The notes under the pieces: model-generated
The model's database searches: none
Told to the model about the DNA's origin: nothing
What the model saw: only the letters and a program-made list of their open reading frames with translations
Position numbers and translations under genes: made by a program
Source of the DNA: Rhodospirillaceae bacterium
GTDB lineage: Bacteria > Pseudomonadota > Alphaproteobacteria > Bin65
Direction of reading: 5' to 3'
DNA length: 64,000 bases
Assembly (NCBI GenBank): GCA_009840595.1
Contig: VXNK01000005.1
Span: 18,467-82,466 of the forward strand
Shown: piece after piece, positions 17,046-26,517 of the stretch
How positions within the stretch are numbered: the stretch's first letter is position 1
Layout of the letters: each line of letters begins with the position of its first letter

Positions 17046-17981
17046 TCAGGCCATTTTCGCCCGTCGGAACCGCCCGCGGGGACGATACTGATCCAGGTAG
17101 GTCGGCGCGATCGCTTCGGCGGCAACCGGCGCGATTCCCAAGGCCGCAAATCCCGGCGCACCTTCCTCGACGACATTGTCATCCCGGAGAAGCGCCAGCG
17201 TATCCCTGGAAAGAGGCGTCGGCACCGGCAACAGGTCGAGCAGACCGGCCAGCAGGGACAGCGGACCCATCGGCAGGGCGATCCGGGGCCGCCGCCGCTC
17301 GCACAGCGTCATCGCGAGGTCGATCAGGTCGATATGGCGATAGACCTGCGGGCCGCCGAGCTGAAACACGCCGCCCTCCGGCCGGTCCAGCGCCGCGACG
17401 GCCGCTTCCGCGACGTCGCCGACATACACCGGCTGCATTCTCGTCGCCCCGGCAATGACCGGAAAGACGGGCGAATTCTTCAGGATGCGGCCGATCAGGT
17501 TGAAGAACCGGTCTTCCTGACCGAAGATGACGGAGGGCTGGAGAACGGCCGCATCCCCGAAAGCATCGAGAACGGCCTGCTCGCCCCGGGCCCGGGCAAC
17601 GACGTATTTTGATTTCGAAGCCTCTGTCGCGCCGATGCCCGACAGGTGGACGAACCGCCGGACTCCGGCCTCCCGGCTCAGCCGGGCAACCCGGGCTGCG
17701 CCCTCATGATGGACCGAATCGAACCCGTTGCGCGACCCGTCCCAGAAGCCGACCGCATTGACGACCGCGTCCGCATCGCGAACCGCCGACAGGACCGACC
17801 GTTCGCTTCGGACATCTCCCGGCACCGGCGCGACCTGGCCGACGGCGCCCATGGGTTTCAGGAACAGCGCATTTTCCGGGTTGCGCACCGCGGCCCGCAC
17901 GATCAGCCCGCGGGCGGCGAGACGCTTCACGATATACCGCCCGACGAAACCGGAACCGCCGAAGACTGTTACCCGTTCCAT
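17046..17981 (-). CDS. Complex I NDUFA9-family NAD(P)-binding protein
   Basis: VTVFGGSGFVGRY, PSVIFGQED, QPVYVGDVA; start ATG 17981. Confidence 0.9.
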   Translation of the reverse strand: MERVTVFGGSGFVGRYIVKRLAARGLIVRAAVRNPENALFLKPMGAVGQVAPVPGDVRSERSVLSAVRDADAVVNAVGFWDGSRNGFDSVHHEGAARVARLSREAGVRRFVHLSGIGATEASKSKYVVARARGEQAVLDAFGDAAVLQPSVIFGQEDRFFNLIGRILKNSPVFPVIAGATRMQPVYVGDVAEAAVAALDRPEGGVFQLGGPQVYRHIDLIDLAMTLCERRRPRIALPMGPLSLLAGLLDLLPVPTPLSRDTLALLRDDNVVEEGAPGFAALGIAPVAAEAIAPTYLDQYRPRGRFRRAKMA

Positions 17982-18189
17982 TGCTGTCCATTGACTGGCG
18001 AGTGACAAGGCGACTTTGGAAGCCCCTTTTCCTAGACCTCTGCGGGTTGAAAAACAATGTGACGAAGCCGACATGAGAGACCGCAAAGACCGGCCGGACA
18101 TGCCGGCGAATACCGGTGCGAATCGGATTGCCGCCGAACGATCGCAACACCGTTGCGCTGCAGGAGGCCGCGCCTTGCGGCTGACGGAC

Positions 18190-18233
18190 GATTGACAGGC
18201 GATTGACAGGCGTTTGACAAGCGATTGACAGGG
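18190..18233. repeat. Four 11-bp tandem units each containing TTGACA
   Basis: GATTGACAGGC/GATTGACAGGC/GTTTGACAAGC/GATTGACAGGG, ~100 bp upstream of tRNA-Leu. Confidence 0.92.
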
Positions 18234-18333
18234 GGAAGCCGGACGGCTACCCACTGGCGCTTCGTTTCGAGCGAATGGCGACCGACCGCGGATTTGCGCC
18301 GCATGTGCGCCGGTACGGCGGGGCCGGTCGAGT

Positions 18334-18420
18334 GCCCAGGTGGCGGAATTGGTAGACGCGCAGGTTTCAGGTACCTGTGGCCGCATGGCCGTGGAAGTTC
18401 GAGTCTTCTCCTGGGCACCA
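18334..18420 (+). tRNA. tRNA-Leu(CAG)
   Basis: GCCCAGG...CCTGGGC-A-CCA acceptor stem, GGAATTGGTAGAC D-loop, anticodon arm CAGGT-TT(CAG)GT-ACCTG, long variable arm, GTTCGAGTC; 87 nt. Confidence 0.97.
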
Positions 18421-18557
18421 TTTGCGTCGACGCCGCGCTTCGGCCGACGCGGCGCGCCGCCGCCGGACAGAGCCTCCGGCCGTCCGGGCCTCTGCGGTCC
18501 GGACGGATGCAGCCGGGGCGGGCAAACGCGCGGTCGATAGCGGAGCGACAGGCGGCA

Positions 18558-19184
18558 ATGGCGGCAGCACCGGACATCCGTTTGCACCGAGGCGACCTTC
18601 CGGACGGGCTGGGCTTCAGCGGACCGGTTGCGGTGGACTCGGAGACCATGGGCCTCAATCCCGCACGGGACCGGCTGTGCCTGGTGCAGCTGTCGGCCGG
18701 GGACGGCGTCTGCCATCTCGTCCAGATTGCGAAGGGGCAGACCGAAGCGCCGAATCTCGCCGCGGTCCTTGCCGATCCGGCCATCCTGAAACTGTTCCAT
18801 TTCGGCCGTTTCGATATTGCGGTTTTCCTGCACCGGCTCGGCATCCTGACAACGCCGGTCTACTGTACGAAAATCGCGTCGCAGCTCGTCCGCACGATGA
18901 CCGACCGTCACGGCCTCAAAGACCTCTGCAAGGATCTGCTGGACGTCGAAATTTCCAAGCAGCAGCAGACCTCCGACTGGGGCGCGAAAAAGCTGGACGA
19001 CGAACAGATGCGCTATGCGGCGACCGATGTCCTTTACCTGCATCGGCTCAAGGCCGAACTGGACCGGTTGCTCGAGCGCGAAGGCCGGGTCGCGCTGGCC
19101 CAAAAATGTTTCGATTTTCTGCCCTACAGGGCAGCCCTGGATATTGCCGGCTGGGCCGAAATAGACATATTTGCTCACTCGTGA
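18558..19184 (+). CDS. rnd: Ribonuclease D (short alphaproteobacterial type)
   Basis: AVDSETMGL..RDRLCLVQLS, FHFGRFD, SKQQQTSDWG, YAATDV. Confidence 0.93.
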   Translation: MAAAPDIRLHRGDLPDGLGFSGPVAVDSETMGLNPARDRLCLVQLSAGDGVCHLVQIAKGQTEAPNLAAVLADPAILKLFHFGRFDIAVFLHRLGILTTPVYCTKIASQLVRTMTDRHGLKDLCKDLLDVEISKQQQTSDWGAKKLDDEQMRYAATDVLYLHRLKAELDRLLEREGRVALAQKCFDFLPYRAALDIAGWAEIDIFAHS

Positions 19185-19337
19185 ACCGGTTTTCCGCCGA
19201 ATTGGCCGAAACGGATCGTTTCTGTTAGGATAGACATCGGGTTCCAGAACGCGCCGCCGCCGGAAAAGCCGTGGAGACGGCAATTCCCGCCGCCTGCGTC
19301 GGCATTACCGGTCCTTGGCTCCGTTGGCGGAGAGGAT

Positions 19338-20387
19338 ATGAGACAGGCTGCACCGACTGCCGTGCCCGATGGTTCCGAACAGCGCGACGACTCCGGAACA
19401 GCGGCGGAGGCCACCGACGGCCGCCCCGATGTCGTCGCTTCCGCGCTGCGCGTTCTCGCGCTCGAAGGCAAGGGCATCGCTGCGCTGGAGACGGCCCTGG
19501 ACGGCGATCTGGGGCCCGCCTTCTGCCGGGCCGTCGACATTATCCGGAGCACGACGGGGCGGCTGGTCGTGACCGGCATGGGTAAGAGCGGCCATATCGG
19601 ACGCAAGATCGCGGCGACCATGGCGTCGGTCGGAACGCCGGCCTATTTCGTGCATCCGGGCGAAGCCAGCCACGGCGACATGGGTATAATCCGGTCCGAC
19701 GATGTGGTGCTGGCGCTGTCGAACTCCGGCGAGACGGCCGAACTCGGCGACATCATCGGTTATTGCAGCCGGTTCGGAATCGATCTGATCGGCATTACCG
19801 GCGATCCGGAAAGCGCGCTGGCCGAAGCGTCGACCGTCGCTCTGATAATGCCCCGGTCGGCCGAAGCCTGCCCGCTCGGCCTCGCGCCGACAACGTCGAC
19901 GGCCATGGCGCTGGCACTGGGCGATGCGCTGGCAGTCGCGCTTCTGGAATGCCGCGGCTTCTCCGCCGACGACTTTCAGGTTCTCCATCCGGGCGGGCGG
20001 CTCGGACGCCGCCTGACCCGGGTTGCCGACATCATGCATACCGGCGACGCCGTGCCGCTGGTCCGCCCGGACGACCGGATGGCCGAGGTTCTGATCGTCA
20101 TGACCGCACGCCGGCTCGGCTGCGCCGGCGTCGTGGACGGGAAAGGCGCCCTCGTCGGCATCATTACCGACGGCGACCTGCGGCGGCATATGGACGCCGG
20201 ACTGGTATCGCGCGAAGCTTCGGCCGTAATGACCGTCGAACCGCTGACAATCCGCCCGGAAGCCCTGGCCGCGGAGGCCTTGGGCCTGATGAATTCGCGC
20301 GAGATCACGGGCCTGTTCGCCGTCCGTGACGGCGCCCCGGTCGGTTTCGTCCATCTGCACGATTGCTTGCGGGAGGGCGTCGCATGA
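19338..20387 (+). CDS. kdsD: Arabinose-5-phosphate isomerase (SIS + CBS)
   Basis: TGMGKSGHIGRKIAAT, HPGEASHGDMG, APTTSTT, HPGG, GIITDGDLRR. Confidence 0.95.
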   Translation: MRQAAPTAVPDGSEQRDDSGTAAEATDGRPDVVASALRVLALEGKGIAALETALDGDLGPAFCRAVDIIRSTTGRLVVTGMGKSGHIGRKIAATMASVGTPAYFVHPGEASHGDMGIIRSDDVVLALSNSGETAELGDIIGYCSRFGIDLIGITGDPESALAEASTVALIMPRSAEACPLGLAPTTSTAMALALGDALAVALLECRGFSADDFQVLHPGGRLGRRLTRVADIMHTGDAVPLVRPDDRMAEVLIVMTARRLGCAGVVDGKGALVGIITDGDLRRHMDAGLVSREASAVMTVEPLTIRPEALAAEALGLMNSREITGLFAVRDGAPVGFVHLHDCLREGVA

Positions 20388-21088
20388 CCGGTGCGAGACA
20401 GCCACAGCGGCAACGGGAGGTCCGCGCCCGGCAGCGGGACGGCTATACGCGTTTCGTCAACACGATGAAATTCGCGCTGCCGAGCATGGCCTTCCTGATT
20501 GTGGTGGCCGTTCTGTTCTGGCCGAATCTCGTCAGTACCGGCAAACAGGCGGCCGACATTGCCCGGGATTCCCTGACTCCGGGCGGGCTGCGGAACTTTT
20601 CCATGGAGGGACCGGTCTTCGTTGCGACCGACGACCGGAACCGCCCCTACCGGCTTACCGCGACCGAAGCAAGCCAGGTCAGCCACACGGCAACGGTGAT
20701 TTCCCTCAAGGAGCCCCAGGCCGAAATCGAGTTGAGCGGCGATGGGCACATTCGAATCAGTGCGCTCAACGGCCGGTACAATCGCAAGAAGAACCAGTTG
20801 GCCCTGGCCGGTGACGTAAACTTCAGCGACGACCGGAAGTTCAGCATTCGAACGGCCGAAGCGACCATCGACCTGGAGAAGAAAGCGGTCTGGAGCAAAA
20901 GCCCGGTCGTCGCGGAGGGGGCCAGGGGAACCGTGGCGGCCCAGGGTTTTGAGGTCGTCGACAAAGGAATGACCGTCATCTTCACAGGCAGGACCAAAGT
21001 GGTGCTGAGCACCGGCCCCGAAGACTCCGGGACCCTTCCCCGCCAAAGCAACGGCATATCGGCAGGCATACCGGGAAGCGGCCAATGA
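20384..21088 (+). CDS. lptC: LPS export protein LptC
   Basis: N-terminal TM helix, beta-jellyroll-like composition, position between kdsD and lptA. Confidence 0.85.
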   Translation: MTGARQPQRQREVRARQRDGYTRFVNTMKFALPSMAFLIVVAVLFWPNLVSTGKQAADIARDSLTPGGLRNFSMEGPVFVATDDRNRPYRLTATEASQVSHTATVISLKEPQAEIELSGDGHIRISALNGRYNRKKNQLALAGDVNFSDDRKFSIRTAEATIDLEKKAVWSKSPVVAEGARGTVAAQGFEVVDKGMTVIFTGRTKVVLSTGPEDSGTLPRQSNGISAGIPGSGQ

Positions 21089-21945
21089 TCCGCCCTTCCG
21101 GCCTCGCCGGCTGCTGCATCCTTTCCCTGGCGCTGTCGGCGGCGATCGTGTCGCCGGGGACGCTCGAGGCGCAGAACAGCGGCCTCCCGACCGGATCGAA
21201 AGCGCCGATAACGATCGAAGCCGATCAGGGGGTCGAGTGGCGGCGCAAGGAGCAGATCTATGTCGCCAGGGGCAATGCCGTCGCCCGGCAGAAGCAAACC
21301 AGTATTCGCGCCGACGAACTGATTGCGCATTACCGCAAGTCCGAAGGGAAAAAGACGCAAATCTGGAAAGTCGTTGCGACCGGCAACGTAAACATCGAGA
21401 CCGCAAAGGAAACCGCTACCGGCGAAACGGCGGTGTATACGGTCGATACGGGCGTCTTCGTCCTGCGGGGCGGCGACCTCATGCTCAAGAACAAGTCGCA
21501 GACGATCACCGCAACCGGCCGGATCGAGTATCGGGACCGGGACCGGCGCGCTTACGTTATCGGCAACGCCAAGGTGGTCGATGGAAAAAGGATCCTGCGC
21601 GCCGACCGGTTCATTGCGCATCTGGAGGATGCCAGGGATGACAAGGTCAAGGTCCGCAGGGTGGAAGCCCGCGGCAATGTCGTCATTACGACCGAAGACG
21701 AAGTCATTCGGGCCTCGAACGGCGATTACGACACCCGGACAAGGGTTGCGGTCCTGACGGGCGACGTGAAGCTGACCCGCGGCAACAATCAGTTGAACGG
21801 CGAAAAGGCGATCGTCAACCTGCAGACCGGCGTAAGCCGAATGGTCGGGCGGATAAGCGTTCTGCTGGTTCCCGACGAAGATACGAAAACCGAAACGCCC
21901 GCGCGTGGCCGAACCGACAAGGCAAACGCAAAGGAAAACGAATAG
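21085..21945 (+). CDS. lptA: LPS transport protein LptA/OstA (long two-domain form)
   Basis: Signal peptide, PITIEADQG.EW, ARGNA, LTGDVKLTRGNNQLNG. Confidence 0.88.
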   Translation: MIRPSGLAGCCILSLALSAAIVSPGTLEAQNSGLPTGSKAPITIEADQGVEWRRKEQIYVARGNAVARQKQTSIRADELIAHYRKSEGKKTQIWKVVATGNVNIETAKETATGETAVYTVDTGVFVLRGGDLMLKNKSQTITATGRIEYRDRDRRAYVIGNAKVVDGKRILRADRFIAHLEDARDDKVKVRRVEARGNVVITTEDEVIRASNGDYDTRTRVAVLTGDVKLTRGNNQLNGEKAIVNLQTGVSRMVGRISVLLVPDEDTKTETPARGRTDKANAKENE

Positions 21946-22085
21946 GGGCTGCAATACGGGCCGTTTCGCCGTCGGCACGAAAGCGGCTGGAAGACGACAC
22001 GTTTGTAGCCCGGCAACGCTCAGGAGCCGCACGGAGTCGACCGTCGCGGTGATTTGCCCGGAACGCATCCAGAAAGGAAACCGTA

Positions 22086-22874
22086 TTGACCGGACCGATC
22101 GTCGATAAATCGACCGCCGAGTTTTCAACGGCCCCACGCCTCGTGGCGGCCAACAACGGCCTCGCCGCCGACAGTCTGGGAAAGCACTTCAAGAAGCGCC
22201 CCGTGCTGAGAGGCGTTTCCCTTGCCGTGCGGCGCGGCGAAGCAGTCGGCCTGCTCGGGCCCAACGGCGCCGGCAAGACGACCTGCTTCTACATCATTAC
22301 CGGCCTGATCCGCCCCGACGCCGGGACGATCGTGCTCGACGGCCAGGACATTACCGACCTGCCCATGTACCGGCGCGCGCGCCTGGGAATCGGCTATCTG
22401 CCCCAGGAACCGTCGATTTTCCGGGGCATGTCCGTCGAAAACAACATTCGCGCTGCGCTGGAGGTGGTCGAAGCGGACCGGGAAACCCGGGAAACCATGC
22501 TCGACGACCTGCTCGCGGAATTTTCCGTGACCCATCTGCGCCACACGCCGGCCATTGCGCTTTCGGGCGGCGAGCGGCGGCGGGTGGAAATTGCCCGCGC
22601 CCTCGCTTCGAAGCCCGGCTTCATCCTGCTCGACGAACCGCTGGCCGGCATCGACCCGATCGCCGTCGGGGATGTCCGGGACCTCGTCTCGCATCTCAAG
22701 GACCGCGGCATCGGGGTTCTGATTACCGACCATAACGTCCGAGAGACGCTCGATATCGTCGACCGCGCCTACATCATGCATGACGGCGTTGTGCTGATGG
22801 ACGGAGCGCCGAGCGAAATCGTCGGGCACGAGGATGTGCGCCGGGTTTACCTGGGCGATACCTTCCGCCTTTAG
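22086..22874 (+). CDS. lptB: LPS export ABC ATPase
   Basis: GPNGAGKTT, LPMYRRARLGIGYLPQE, LDEPLAGIDP, ITDHNVRETL; TTG start after AAGGA. Confidence 0.97.
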   Translation: MTGPIVDKSTAEFSTAPRLVAANNGLAADSLGKHFKKRPVLRGVSLAVRRGEAVGLLGPNGAGKTTCFYIITGLIRPDAGTIVLDGQDITDLPMYRRARLGIGYLPQEPSIFRGMSVENNIRAALEVVEADRETRETMLDDLLAEFSVTHLRHTPAIALSGGERRRVEIARALASKPGFILLDEPLAGIDPIAVGDVRDLVSHLKDRGIGVLITDHNVRETLDIVDRAYIMHDGVVLMDGAPSEIVGHEDVRRVYLGDTFRL

Positions 22875-22887
22875 CCCGGATGGCGGA

Positions 22888-24381
22888 ATGATGGCCGGGC
22901 CGGGCCTTTCCTTCGGTGTCCGCCAGCAGCGGAAGCTGTCACAAACCCTGACGCCGTTGCAGCATCAGTCCATCAAGCTGCTGCAATTGTCCAACATCGG
23001 CCTCGATGCCCTGGTCCGCGAGGCGCTCGAGACGAACCCCCTCCTGTCGCTGGACGAACCGGCGGATGAAGATGCGGTCGAGGCGCCGAAAATGCCGGCG
23101 CGCAGCCCGACGGCCGGCTACCGGCCGACACCGGCAGCTTCCCGCCTGTTCGGCGCCGCCGAGGGTGCATTGCCGGAAACCGGACAGCGTAGCGCGGACA
23201 CCGGCGCGCACCGCCCCGACGAACCCGGCGCGGTATCGGAAACGACGCTTCAGGACGCGCTTCTCGAGGACATTGCCTTCTCCTTCACCGATGCGGCCGA
23301 ACGGACGATTGCCATCGACCTGAGCTTCCTGCTCGACGATTCGGGTTATCTGGCCGGCGATGTTGGCGATATCGCGGCTCTCCGGGGCGTGTCCGAAGCG
23401 AAAGTGACCGACATCCTGCTGCGGCTGCAGGCGCTGGCGCCGGCGGGCCTGTTCGCCCGGAACCTGGGCGAATGCCTGCGTCTGCAGCTGGTCGACGCCG
23501 GCACACTCGACCCTCCGATGGATGCGCTACTCGACAACCTGCCCCTGCTGACCGAACGCGGCCCGGAAACCCTGGCGGCGGCGGCGGGCATCGATCCCGG
23601 CGACCTGCCGCAGTATCTGCAACGCCTGCGCGCGCTCGACCCGCGGCCCGGCCGCGCGCTGGCCGGCGCTGCGGCACCGGCGATAGTCCCGGATCTGGTC
23701 GTCCGCCCCGCGCCGGAGGCGTTCCCCCGTAGCGGCGAGTTCGCCCACCGGATCGGCCGGTGGGTCGTCGCCGTCAACCCGGAGACCGCGCCCCACCTTT
23801 CCCTGGACCGGGGCGGGCTTGCAGCGCTGCGCGCGCAGTCGAGAAGCCAGACGGACAGGGCCTATGTCAGCACCATGTCCCGGGAGGCGAGCTGGCTGAT
23901 CCAGGCAGTCCGGAACCGGCGCGCAACCGTTCTGCGGCTGGGCGTCGAGATTTTCCGGCGGCAGCAGGAATTTCTGGAGCATGGAATGGCCCGGCTCGGG
24001 CCGCTGACGCGCAAGGAAATCGCGCGCGCCGCAGGATTGCACGAGAGTACGATCAGCCGCGCGGCGAACGAGAAATACGCCGCAACGCCACAAGGTGTCT
24101 TCCCTTTGAAATTCCTGTTTTCCGGTCGGATTCGGGCTCTGGATGGCGGACCCGGCCACGCCGCAAGTGCGGTCCGTCACCGGCTGCGTATCCTGATCGA
24201 CAGGGAAACAGCGCCCCTGTCGGACGAAGCCCTCGCCCGACTGTTGCGCGCAGACGGCTACGACCTCTCGCGCCGCACCGTAACAAAATACCGTGAGATG
24301 CTGCGGATTCCCTCCTCGGTCGGGCGCCGCCGGCGCCTGGCGTACCGCCCGACCGAAAAATTTTCGGCTTGTTCGTCTTGA
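22888..24381 (+). CDS. rpoN: RNA polymerase sigma-54 factor (divergent)
   Basis: IKLLQLSN..ETNPLL, GLFARNLGECLRLQL, HESTISRA, SRRTVTKYRE RpoN box; located lptB-hpf. Confidence 0.92.
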   Translation: MMAGPGLSFGVRQQRKLSQTLTPLQHQSIKLLQLSNIGLDALVREALETNPLLSLDEPADEDAVEAPKMPARSPTAGYRPTPAASRLFGAAEGALPETGQRSADTGAHRPDEPGAVSETTLQDALLEDIAFSFTDAAERTIAIDLSFLLDDSGYLAGDVGDIAALRGVSEAKVTDILLRLQALAPAGLFARNLGECLRLQLVDAGTLDPPMDALLDNLPLLTERGPETLAAAAGIDPGDLPQYLQRLRALDPRPGRALAGAAAPAIVPDLVVRPAPEAFPRSGEFAHRIGRWVVAVNPETAPHLSLDRGGLAALRAQSRSQTDRAYVSTMSREASWLIQAVRNRRATVLRLGVEIFRRQQEFLEHGMARLGPLTRKEIARAAGLHESTISRAANEKYAATPQGVFPLKFLFSGRIRALDGGPGHAASAVRHRLRILIDRETAPLSDEALARLLRADGYDLSRRTVTKYREMLRIPSSVGRRRRLAYRPTEKFSACSS

Positions 24382-24412
24382 CAGAGCGCGTTTCAGCGGC
24401 CCGAATATCGGT

Positions 24413-25018
24413 ATGAACGTCAAGGTCACCGGCCGGCATGTCGAAGTCGGTCCCGCTTTGCGACGGCACGCTGAAACCGCCCTCGGCGAGACCGTCAGTA
24501 AATTCTTCGAACGCGCCCTCGACGCCACCGTCACATTCGACAAGCGGGGCCACGAGTTCACCGTCGATATCAAGGCCCATGTCAGCCGCGGGCTGCATGT
24601 GCTGGGCGAAGGCCGGGCGGAAGATCCGTATGCGGCGTTCAACAAGGCGTCGGAACATGTCGCAAAGCGCCTGCGCCGCAACAAGCGGCGCATCCGCGAT
24701 CATCACGCCGCGCCGCCGAGAGAACTCGAGACCCTTTCGGCCCAGAAATACATCCTTGCCCACGACGAAGAGCCCGAGATCGAGCAGGCCGATGCAGGCA
24801 CCGCAGGGAACGGCAGCGGCGAGCCGGTGGTGATTGCGGACATGACCACAGACATTGCCTCGTTGACGGTCGGAGAAGCCGTCATGCGCATGGACCTGGC
24901 GGATTTACCGGCCATGATGTTCCGGAACGTGGCCCACGGGGGGCTGAACATGGTCTATCGCCGCGCCGATGGCCATATCGGCTGGGTCGATCCGGAAGGC
25001 GTTGCCGAAACCCAGTGA
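24413..25018 (+). CDS. hpf: Ribosome hibernation promoting factor (long HPF)
   Basis: VTGRHVEVG, KRLRRNKRRI, EAVMRMDL, VYRRADGHIGWVDP. Confidence 0.95.
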   Translation: MNVKVTGRHVEVGPALRRHAETALGETVSKFFERALDATVTFDKRGHEFTVDIKAHVSRGLHVLGEGRAEDPYAAFNKASEHVAKRLRRNKRRIRDHHAAPPRELETLSAQKYILAHDEEPEIEQADAGTAGNGSGEPVVIADMTTDIASLTVGEAVMRMDLADLPAMMFRNVAHGGLNMVYRRADGHIGWVDPEGVAETQ

Positions 25019-25056
25019 TGTTTCCGGGCGCACCCGCTTTCTGCTGAGGAAGGCCG

Positions 25057-25521
25057 ATGGAAATTATCGATCTGTTGACGCCCGACAGCGTCGTACCGGC
25101 CATGAAGGCGACCTGCAAGAAGCAGGCGCTTCAGGAACTGTCGCGCTGCGGTGCAACGGCGACCGGGCTGGACGACAGGCGCATTTTCGATGTGCTGCTT
25201 GAGCGCGAAAGGCTGGGCACCACGGGCGTCGGCAGCGGCATCGCCATTCCGCACGGCAAGCTCGGCGATCTGGATCGGGTCAAGGGCGTCTTCGCACGCC
25301 TCGAGGAGCCGATCGATTTCGACGCCGTGGACGACCGGCCGGTCGATCTGCTGTTCCTGCTGCTCGCGCCGGAAGATGCCGGTGCCGATCATCTCAAGGC
25401 ACTCGCCCGTGTCTCGCGCCTCCTGCGGGACCCGGCGACCTGCGAAAAGCTGCGCGTGTCGAACAGCAGGGATGCGCTCTACGCCTTGCTGATCGAACCG
25501 GCGCCGAGCAAGGCGGCGTAA
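25057..25521 (+). CDS. ptsN: PTS EIIA-Ntr
   Basis: [38 protein letters not shown]. Confidence 0.96.
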   Translation: MEIIDLLTPDSVVPAMKATCKKQALQELSRCGATATGLDDRRIFDVLLERERLGTTGVGSGIAIPHGKLGDLDRVKGVFARLEEPIDFDAVDDRPVDLLFLLLAPEDAGADHLKALARVSRLLRDPATCEKLRVSNSRDALYALLIEPAPSKAA

Positions 25522-25573
25522 CCGCCTTTCGGCGGAGCTTCACGAGGCGACGGCCGGGGTCTGCCGCCGCCTT

Positions 25574-25598
25574 GGTCGGATTCGCAATCCTGACCTAC
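25574..25598 (-). repeat. Single GTAG-tagged REP-like palindrome
   Basis: Minus strand GTAGGTCAGGATTGCGAATCCGACC: GTAG tag followed by a hairpin. Confidence 0.65.
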
Positions 25599-25606
25599 GC
25601 GCCGCG

Positions 25607-25634
25607 TTGACAGCCTCTGACGCCCGGCTACTTT
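25607..25634 (+). promoter_or_regulatory. Probable dapD promoter
   Basis: TTGACA-16bp-TACTTT ~35 bp upstream of ATG. Confidence 0.55.
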
Positions 25635-25669
25635 CCGCGGGCACATTGCCCCCATATCCGGACATCGCC

Positions 25670-26503
25670 ATGAGCCTTGCCGACCTCGCCGCCACGATCG
25701 ACGCCGCATGGGAAGACCGCGAGACGATCGGCGCGGCCACGACCGGCGCCGTTCGCGACGCCGTCGACGCCGCCCTGAACGCCCTCGACGAAGGACGGCT
25801 CCGGGTTGCGGAGAAAGGCGCCGACGGCGCCTGGACCGTCAACCAGTGGGCCAAGAAAGCGGTCCTGCTGTCGTTCCGGCTCAACGATATGCAGCCGATC
25901 GGCGGCGGGCCGGGAGCGGGCACCAACTGGTGGGACAAGGTGCCCTCCAAGTTCGAGGGCTGGGGCGATAACCGGTTCCGCGATGCCGGGTTCCGTGCGG
26001 TACCGAACTGCATCGTCCGCCGCTCGGCCTTTATCGCCCGCGGCGTCGTGCTGATGCCCTGCTTCGTCAATCTCGGCGCCTATGTCGATGAAGGCACGAT
26101 GGTCGACACCTGGGCCACCGTGGGGTCGTGCGCCCAGATCGGCAGGAACTGCCATATCTCCGGCGGGGCGGGGATCGGCGGGGTGCTGGAGCCGCTGCAA
26201 GCCGATCCAGTCATCGTCGAGGACAATTGTTTCATCGGCGCCCGCTCCGAGGTCGCCGAAGGCGTGATTGTGCGCGAAGGCGCCGTCCTGTCCATGGGGG
26301 TCTACATCGGGGCGTCGACGAAGATCGTGAACCGGGCGACCGGCGAAATCCATCGCGGCGAGGTGCCGGCCTATTCCGTCGTGGTGCCGGGCTCCCTGCC
26401 CGATCCGAACTGCGGGCCGAGCCTCTATTGCGCGGTCATCGTCAAGCAGGTGGACGCGCAGACGCGCTCGAAAACCTCGGTGAACGAACTGCTGCGCGAC
26501 TAG
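25670..26503 (+). CDS. dapD: Tetrahydrodipicolinate N-succinyltransferase
   Basis: [44 protein letters not shown]. Confidence 0.98.
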   Translation: MSLADLAATIDAAWEDRETIGAATTGAVRDAVDAALNALDEGRLRVAEKGADGAWTVNQWAKKAVLLSFRLNDMQPIGGGPGAGTNWWDKVPSKFEGWGDNRFRDAGFRAVPNCIVRRSAFIARGVVLMPCFVNLGAYVDEGTMVDTWATVGSCAQIGRNCHISGGAGIGGVLEPLQADPVIVEDNCFIGARSEVAEGVIVREGAVLSMGVYIGASTKIVNRATGEIHRGEVPAYSVVVPGSLPDPNCGPSLYCAVIVKQVDAQTRSKTSVNELLRD

Positions 26504-26517
26504 CCCGGCAGGAAGCC

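Noticed and set aside
18334-18560. tRNA-Leu as a prophage or island attachment site
   Set aside because: No integrase and no duplicated tRNA 3' end; flanking order NDUFA9-tRNA-rnd-kdsD looks native
17046-19283. 745-aa ORF spanning rnd and the tRNA on the opposite strand
   Set aside because: Only the last 311 aa are NDUFA9-like; the rest is stop-free antisense sequence
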